A stretch of 64,000 bases of DNA, taken from contig JBBDWV010000017.1 of NCBI GenBank assembly GCA_040902655.1, positions 62,509 through 126,508 of the forward strand, given 5' to 3'. Below, one piece after another: positions 58,595-64,000 of this stretch (position 1 is the stretch's first letter; every line of letters starts with the position of its first letter). A program made the translations under genes and the position numbers. Under the pieces are notes generated by a model. That model saw only the letters and a list, made by a program, of their open reading frames with translations. It was not told the DNA's origin and did not search any database. The stretch is from Mycobacteriales bacterium. GTDB lineage: Bacteria; Actinomycetota; Actinomycetes; Mycobacteriales; SCTD01.

Positions 58595-59860
58595 GTGCGC
58601 GAGCTGCACGTCGTCGCGGTGAGCGAGGACGGCCGACACGTCGTGCTGGCGACTGGCAAGGGGGCGCTCCGCGGCGACTTCCGGGTGGCGATCGACGACC
58701 GGCTGGCCGCCGCCGTCCGCGGTGACCTGCCGCGACCGGGCGAGGTCGAGCCGCCGGCCGTCACCCCCAAGGAGATCCAGGCCAGGCTGCGCGCGGGGGA
58801 GTCGCCGGAGCAGATCGCGACCTCGGCCGGCGTCCCCCTGAGCAAGGTCGAGCGGTACGCCGGTCCGGTGCTCTCCGAGCGGGAGCGCGTGCTCGGCCAG
58901 GCGCGGGCCGGCTTCGTGTCCCGCAGCCGGTTGGGTGCCTCCGCCCTGCCGCTCGGCGAGGCCGTCGATCGCCACCTCGCCGACACGACCGGCGTGCGAC
59001 TGGAGACGGTGACCTGGTCGACCCGCCGTGAGGAGACCGGCACCTGGCTGGTCGAGCTGTCCTACGTCTCGCAGGCCCGCCGGCGCAGCGCCGTCTGGCG
59101 CTATGACGTCATGCGCCGCGAGGTGACCGCCACCGACTCGACCTCCGCCGCCCTGGCGCACGTCGAGCCCGCCGGCCGACGGTCACGTCCGCCGGCACCG
59201 GCACCGGTGCCCGTGGCGCAGGCTCGGCGTGCTCCGGCCCGGTCGGCCCGCTCGGCGGCACAGGATCGTGCGGCGTCCTCCACCCGCTCGGCGGCCCCCG
59301 GCCGCACGATCGCGGCGCGACCGAGCGTCGCGGCCGCCCAGCCCACTGGCGGTCGTCGGGCGGCGGCTCCGGCGCCCCGGGCGGCCGCGGCCAAGGCGGC
59401 AGAGGCAGCGGCGGCCAAGGCTCGGCAGGCCGAGGAGGCTGCGGCCAAGGCTGCAGAAGAGGCGGCGGCGGCAGAGGCCGCGGCCGCGGCCAGGGCAGCA
59501 GAGGAGGCCAAGGCGGCGGAAGAGGCCAAGGCAGCAGAGGAGGCCAAGGCGGCGGAAGAGGCGGCGGAAGAGACGAAGGCGGCAGAGGCGGCGGCGCGCA
59601 AGACGGCGGACGCCAAGGCGGTCGCGGAGGAGGCGCCGGCCGGTCCGCCCACGCTGCGGGTGGTGGGAGCCGAGGCCGATCCGGCTCCGTCCCGCCGCGG
59701 GCCGAAGGAGCCGCCCGCGGCCGCGCGTACGGCGCCGGCCCGCGCCGCCGGGCAGCGCGCCAGCGTGCCGGGCTGGGCGGACGTGCTGCTGTCCACCGCA
59801 CCGGTCGCCCGCCCGGCGGACCCCAGGCCTGATCCGGACCCGGAGCCCGATCCGGACTGA
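58595..59860 (+). CDS. sepH: Septation protein SepH (DUF3071) with Ala/Glu/Lys-rich disordered C-terminal half
   Basis: MRELHVVAVSEDGRHVVL, PKEIQARLRAGESPEQIATSAGVPLSKVERYAGPVLSERE and TWSTRREETGTWLVELSY parallel the Streptomyces SepH N-domain and HTH as I remember them. Confidence 0.85.
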   Translation: MRELHVVAVSEDGRHVVLATGKGALRGDFRVAIDDRLAAAVRGDLPRPGEVEPPAVTPKEIQARLRAGESPEQIATSAGVPLSKVERYAGPVLSERERVLGQARAGFVSRSRLGASALPLGEAVDRHLADTTGVRLETVTWSTRREETGTWLVELSYVSQARRRSAVWRYDVMRREVTATDSTSAALAHVEPAGRRSRPPAPAPVPVAQARRAPARSARSAAQDRAASSTRSAAPGRTIAARPSVAAAQPTGGRRAAAPAPRAAAAKAAEAAAAKARQAEEAAAKAAEEAAAAEAAAAARAAEEAKAAEEAKAAEEAKAAEEAAEETKAAEAAARKTADAKAVAEEAPAGPPTLRVVGAEADPAPSRRGPKEPPAAARTAPARAAGQRASVPGWADVLLSTAPVARPADPRPDPDPEPDPD

Positions 59861-59922
59861 GCCTCGACCCCGACTGAGCCCGACGCGGATTGAGCCCGAC
59901 CCGGACTGAGCCCGACTGGCGC
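59845..59922. repeat. About five tandem 16-17-bp units GCCCGAYNCGGAYTGA spanning the sepH stop
   Basis: Units at 59845, 59861, 59878 and 59894, plus a partial one at 59910. Four units end in TGA. Confidence 0.8.
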
Positions 59923-59925
59923 AGC

Positions 59926-60225
59926 TCACTGGTCGAGCAGCCGGTCGACCTTCTCCACCTTGGCGGTGAGCTGACCGGCATGTCCCTGCCGGATGTCGGC
60001 CTTGAGCACGAGCCCGACCCGCGGCGACCGTGCAGCCACCACCTCCACGGCGCGCTTCACGACGGCCATGACCTCGTCCCACTCGCCCTCGACGTTGGTG
60101 AACATGGCATTGGTCTCGTGCGGCAGCCCAGACTCCCGCACGACCCGCACCGCCTCCGCGACGGCCTCGGACACGCCTCCGGCGTCGTCCCCCGTACTCG
60201 GGCTGATGCTGAAGGCGACCAGCAC
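59926..60225 (-). CDS. MTH1187/YkoF-family (DUF77) thiamine-binding-like protein
   Basis: VLVAFSISP...[32 protein letters not shown] 60225 lies 6 nt after AGGAG. ATG 60255 is an alternative. Confidence 0.8.
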   Translation of the reverse strand: MLVAFSISPSTGDDAGGVSEAVAEAVRVVRESGLPHETNAMFTNVEGEWDEVMAVVKRAVEVVAARSPRVGLVLKADIRQGHAGQLTAKVEKVDRLLDQ

Positions 60226-60354
60226 GATCCTCTCCTTTCCGGATGCCTGCGGCACCCCGGCCAGCCCTCATGATGCCCCGACCAACTGGTCTCCCGAGGT
60301 ACCCGGCGCCGACTTGTCGATCTCTTCCTGATCGCCCGGCGGAGCTAGTGACGG

Positions 60355-60398
60355 CGTATATGGATCTGCTGGCACCGGCGTCAGCAGATCCATATACG
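60355..60398. promoter_or_regulatory. Perfect 17-bp inverted repeat CGTATATGGATCTGCTG-n10-CAGCAGATCCATATACG
   Basis: Read directly. AT-rich for this genome. Lies in the divergent region between the DUF77 gene and the HExxH membrane-protein gene. Confidence 0.6.
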
Positions 60399-60423
60399 GC
60401 CGCGGGGTGGTCGTCCGGTGGCG

Positions 60424-60479
60424 CCTCCTGGCCGGGTCCTCCTGGCCGGGTCCTCCTGGCCGGGTCCACCTGGTCCGAC
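60424..60479. repeat. Three tandem 14-bp units CCTCCTGGCCGGGT plus a degenerate fourth
   Basis: Copies at 60424-37, 60438-51 and 60452-65, then CCACCTGGTCCGAC. Confidence 0.85.
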
Positions 60480-60597
60480 TGGCGCCACCGCCTGCGCTTC
60501 GCCTCCCGGCTGGCCGCCGGGCGACCGGTGACCCCCCCTGGCCCGGTCCCGGCCGGTGCGGCTGCCTGCACTTCACCGTCGGCCGTACGATCAGCAC

Positions 60598-62004
60598 GTG
60601 CTGCGCCTGCTCGTACGGCCGACGCCGGACGGGTCGCGCGCGCTCCGTCTGGTGGCCGTCGCCGTCGCCCTCCAGCTCGTCGCGGGTCTCGGCGCCGTCG
60701 TGCTGGTCCGCGACCCGGCGCCGGTCCCGGCGCCGGACGCCCGACCGCAGGCGAGGGTCGCCCCGGCCGCGCCTCGGGTCGCTCCGCCCGCCGCCCCGCT
60801 CGATCCGCAGAGCCTGCAGGCGCGTACCGCTCGCGACAGGGCGGTGCGCCAGCTGCTCGCCGACCGTGCGGGGGCGCTGCTGCGCCGCGACAAGGATTCC
60901 TTCCTGTCCGTCGTCGACCCGCTGGCAGGTGCGCTGCGCGAGCGGCAGGCCGGGCTCTTCGACGCGCTCGGCGCGGTGCCGCTGCAGACCTGGCGCTACG
61001 TGCTGGACGGCACGATCCAGCAGCCGAGCGACAGCCGGCTCGACCGGCGGTACGGGCGGGACCGCTGGTGGGCGCCGGAGGTGATCCTCGAGTACGCGCT
61101 CGAGGGCTACGACGCGCGGCCGACGGCGGCCGAGCAGCACCTCACCTTCGTGCTCCGGGCTGGCCGCTGGCTGCTCGCCGCCGACGACGACTTCGCGGCG
61201 ACCGGGCTCGTCACGCCGCGGGCGCTCTGGGACCGCGGTCCGGTCGTGGCCGAGCGGGTCGACGACGTCCTGGTGCTCGGCCGGCCGTCGGCCCGCCGGT
61301 TGCTGCGCAACGTCGCCGTTCTCGCCGCCGCCGCCGTGCCGCAGGTGAGTGAGGTCTGGGGCACCGGCTGGCAGCGCCGCGTCGTGGTTCTCGTGCCGAC
61401 GGATGCCGTCGAGATGGCCGAGCTGCTCGGCTCCGACGGGGACCTGACGCGGATCGCCGCCGTCGCCACCGCCCAGCTGGGCGGCGGGACGCACGCCTTC
61501 GATCCCACCGCTGACCGAATTTTGGTGAACCCGGAGGCGTTCAGCCGGCTCGGTCAGCTCGGCCGGCGGGTCGTGCTCACCCACGAGGTGACGCACGTGG
61601 CGACCCGGCGGGCGACCGGTCCCGCCATGCCGGGGTGGCTCGCCGAGGGCTTCGCCGACCACATCGCCTACCGCGACATCGACCTGCCGCTGGCCCTGTC
61701 GGCGCGTGAGCTGCACGCCGACGTGCGGGACGGCCGACTGCCGACTGCGCTGCCGTCCGACGAGTCCTTCGACGGCGGCAACCCGGAGTTGGCCCAGGCG
61801 TACGAACAAGCCTGGCTGGCGGTCCGGCTGCTGTCGCAGGTCCACGGCGACGCTGCCCTGCTCCGCTTCTACCGCGCGGTCGGCGCCGCCCGCGCCGTCG
61901 AGCCCGCCGCGGCGGTGGAGGCCGCACTGCGGGCAGAGCTCGGCACCACCACCGCCCAGCTGACGAAGGACTGGCGCGCGGCGCTGCAGCGCGAGCTCGG
62001 GTGA
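60598..62004 (+). CDS. Membrane-anchored HExxH metallopeptidase-like protein
   Basis: N-terminal TM (LRLVAVAVALQLVAGLGAVVLV), VVLTHEVTHVATRR, WLAEGFADH. GTG 60598 chosen; the ORF opens at 60556. Confidence 0.65.
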   Translation: MLRLLVRPTPDGSRALRLVAVAVALQLVAGLGAVVLVRDPAPVPAPDARPQARVAPAAPRVAPPAAPLDPQSLQARTARDRAVRQLLADRAGALLRRDKDSFLSVVDPLAGALRERQAGLFDALGAVPLQTWRYVLDGTIQQPSDSRLDRRYGRDRWWAPEVILEYALEGYDARPTAAEQHLTFVLRAGRWLLAADDDFAATGLVTPRALWDRGPVVAERVDDVLVLGRPSARRLLRNVAVLAAAAVPQVSEVWGTGWQRRVVVLVPTDAVEMAELLGSDGDLTRIAAVATAQLGGGTHAFDPTADRILVNPEAFSRLGQLGRRVVLTHEVTHVATRRATGPAMPGWLAEGFADHIAYRDIDLPLALSARELHADVRDGRLPTALPSDESFDGGNPELAQAYEQAWLAVRLLSQVHGDAALLRFYRAVGAARAVEPAAAVEAALRAELGTTTAQLTKDWRAALQRELG

Positions 62005-63251
62005 CCCGGCGCGCCCCCGCCGCCCTCTCGCTCGCGGCCCTGCTCGTCCTGCTCGGCGTGGCGCTGGCCGTCACCGTGCCCTGGACGCCGCTGCCCGGGG
62101 CGGACCTGCAGGGCGAAGCGCTGCGCGACTTCACCCCGGAGCAGATCGCCCGCGAGGTCGCCTTCCACGACCAGATCCGGCCCTGGTCGTACGCCGCGCT
62201 GGCCCTCGGCCTGCTGGTGGCCGGCGCGCTCGGGCTGACCGGTGCGGGGGCCCGCCTCGTCCGTGCGGTCGCCCGCCCCCTCGGCGGCGGCTGGGTGTGG
62301 CAGGTGCTGCTGGGGACGCTGGCGCTGGCGGTCGTCGGGCGGCTCGCGACGCTGCCCCTGTCGGCGCGCGGCGAGATCGTGCTGCGGGACTACGGCCTGT
62401 CGACCCAGACGTGGGGCTCGTGGCTGCTCGACGTCGGCAAGGGCGTGCTGGTCGGCGCGGCGCTGACGGCGCTGGCGATGCTCGCGCTGGTCGGGCTCGC
62501 GCGGGGCCTGCGCCGCACCTGGTGGGCCTGGGGGGCTCTGGTCACCGCCGGGCTCGTGGTGGCCGGCTCCTTCGTCCACCCGCTGGTCGTCGAACCGGTC
62601 TTCCACCGCTTCACGCCACTGCCGGCCGGCGAGCTGCGCAGCGACCTGCTGGCGCTGGCCGAGCGGGACGGCGTCGCCGTCGACGGGGTGCTGGTGGCCG
62701 ACGCGTCCCGCCGCACGACGGCGGTCAACGCCTACGTCAGCGGCTTCGGCAGCAGCCGTCGGATCGTCGTCTACGACACGTTGCTCGCGCAGGCGACGCC
62801 CGCCGAGGTGCAGCTCGTCGTGGCGCACGAGCTCGGCCACACCGCCCGGCGGGACGTCCTGGTCGGGACGCTGCTCGGCGCGCTCGGCGCCGCCGCGGCG
62901 GTCTGTGCGCTCGCGCTGGCCCTGTCCTGGGGGCCGTTGCTGCGCCGGGCCGGCGCCGACGGGATGGCCGACCCGCGGGTCGTGCCGCTGGTGCTGGCGC
63001 TGGTCGCGGTCGGCTCGCTGCTGCTCGCGCCGGCGGGCAACCTGGTCTCGCGCCGGGTCGAGCTGCGCGCCGACGTGCACGCGCTCGACCTGACCCGGGA
63101 CCCGCAGACCTTCCGCGCCACCCAGCAGCGGCTCGCGCTGGCCAACCTGTCCGACCTGGACCCGCACCCGCTCGCGTACGCCTTCTTCGCCACCCACCCG
63201 GGCGTCACCGAGCGGCTGGCGCTGGCCCGGGAGTGGGAGCGGCTGCGGTGA
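62001..63251 (+). CDS. M48-family (Ste24/HtpX-like) zinc metallopeptidase
   Basis: Multi-TM protein. NAYVSGFGSSRRIVVYDTLL, VVAHELGHTARRD. GTGA overlaps at both ends. Confidence 0.85.
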   Translation: MTRRAPAALSLAALLVLLGVALAVTVPWTPLPGADLQGEALRDFTPEQIAREVAFHDQIRPWSYAALALGLLVAGALGLTGAGARLVRAVARPLGGGWVWQVLLGTLALAVVGRLATLPLSARGEIVLRDYGLSTQTWGSWLLDVGKGVLVGAALTALAMLALVGLARGLRRTWWAWGALVTAGLVVAGSFVHPLVVEPVFHRFTPLPAGELRSDLLALAERDGVAVDGVLVADASRRTTAVNAYVSGFGSSRRIVVYDTLLAQATPAEVQLVVAHELGHTARRDVLVGTLLGALGAAAAVCALALALSWGPLLRRAGADGMADPRVVPLVLALVAVGSLLLAPAGNLVSRRVELRADVHALDLTRDPQTFRATQQRLALANLSDLDPHPLAYAFFATHPGVTERLALAREWERLR

Positions 63252-64000
63252 GGACGCTGGTCCTCAGCAACGACTTCCCGCCCCGCCCCGGGGGGATTCA
63301 GGCGTACGTCCACAGTCTCGCGGCGCGGCAGCCGGACGGTGAGGTGGTGGTGTACGCGCCGGCCTGGGAGGGTGCCGGGGCCTTCGACGCGCAGCAGCCC
63401 TTCCCGGTGGTCCGGCACCCGGGATCGCTGATGCTGCCGACGCCGGAGGTGCTGAGCCGGGCCCGGCAGATCGCCCGGGTCGAGGGCTGCGACCGGGTCT
63501 GGTTCGGCGCGGCCGCGCCGCTCGGGCTGCTGGCCCCGCGGCTGGGTCTGCCGCGCGCGGTCGCCTCCACCCACGGGCACGAGGTCGGCTGGGCGATGCT
63601 GCCCGGCGCGCGGCAGGTGCTGCGCCGGATCGGGCGCGGCGTCGACGTCGTCACCTACCTCGGCGGCTACACCCGCGACCGGCTGGCGCCGGCGCTGCGC
63701 GGCGTCGAGCTGGCCCGGCTGCCGAGCGGCGTCGACCCGACCCTCTTCCGGCCGGGCTGCGGGGGCGAGCAGGTCCGCCGGGCGCACGGCCTGGTCGGCC
63801 GGCCGGTCGTCGTGTGCGTGTCCCGGCTCGTCCCGCGCAAGGGCCAGGACGTGCTGGTGCGCGCACTGCCCGCGGTCCGCGCGCGGGTGCCCGGCGCCGC
63901 GCTGCTGCTCGTCGGCGGGGGACCCGACCTCCCGCGGCTGCGCCGGCTGGCCGCCGAGCACGGCGTCGCCGAGGACGTCGTGCTCACCGGCCCGGTGCCG
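63248..64000 (+). CDS. GT4 glycosyltransferase, PimB'-like mannosyltransferase (3' end beyond window)
   Basis: Not in the ORF track because there is no stop in the window. My translation from GTG 63248 reads VRTLVLSNDFPPRPGGIQAYVHSL...VCVSRLVPRKGQDVLVRALP...LLLVGGGPD, typical of the GT4/PimB' N- and C-lobes. Confidence 0.85.
   Translation, partial: MRTLVLSNDFPPRPGGIQAYVHSLAARQPDGEVVVYAPAWEGAGAFDAQQPFPVVRHPGSLMLPTPEVLSRARQIARVEGCDRVWFGAAAPLGLLAPRLGLPRAVASTHGHEVGWAMLPGARQVLRRIGRGVDVVTYLGGYTRDRLAPALRGVELARLPSGVDPTLFRPGCGGEQVRRAHGLVGRPVVVCVSRLVPRKGQDVLVRALPAVRARVPGAALLLVGGGPDLPRLRRLAAEHGVAEDVVLTGPVP

Noticed and set aside
60226-60420. TPP (THI-box) riboswitch upstream of the MTH1187/YkoF-family gene.
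   Set aside because: Reading the minus strand I could not find the CUGAGA and ACCUGAUC...GGAUAAUGCC core elements in the right order. A covariance-model scan (RF00059) would settle it.

Overview
Very high-GC (by eye about 70-75 %) chromosomal segment with the gene order I recall from Actinomycetota. The forward block runs smc-ftsY-amtB-glnK-glnD-ffh, rpsP-KH-rimM-trmD-rplS-lepB-rnhB-DUF2469, yraN-comM-dprA-xerC-whiG, rpsB-tsf-pyrH-frr-cdsA-rlmN and dxr-rip1-ispG. It is followed by ctaE-qcrCAB (reverse strand), trpD, an Rv2191-like exonuclease, sepH and a PimB-like glycosyltransferase. Most of the window is ordinary core genome. I saw no rRNA, tRNA, CRISPR array, cas gene, integrase or transposase. 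Six things are not ordinary: (1) two P-II genes in tandem inside the amtB-glnD operon. (2) A 1.8-kb island bounded by 32-bp direct repeats that carries tail-to-tail HicB-like and HicA-like genes. (3) Several families of structured palindromic or TIR repeats shared between distant intergenic regions (9.9-10.4 kb, 19.1-19.3 kb, 26.4 kb, 47.8-48.7 kb, 60.3 kb), some with compensatory stem changes and local GATC clustering. (4) A decayed accessory scar after trpD. (5) An uncharacterised envelope locus of DUF4331, TPR protein, NicO-like permease and lipoprotein. (6) Many short tandem repeats inside or abutting genes. Protein calls come from motifs I read in the supplied translations and from remembered synteny. 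No database search or folding was run, and many start codons are my choice among alternatives.
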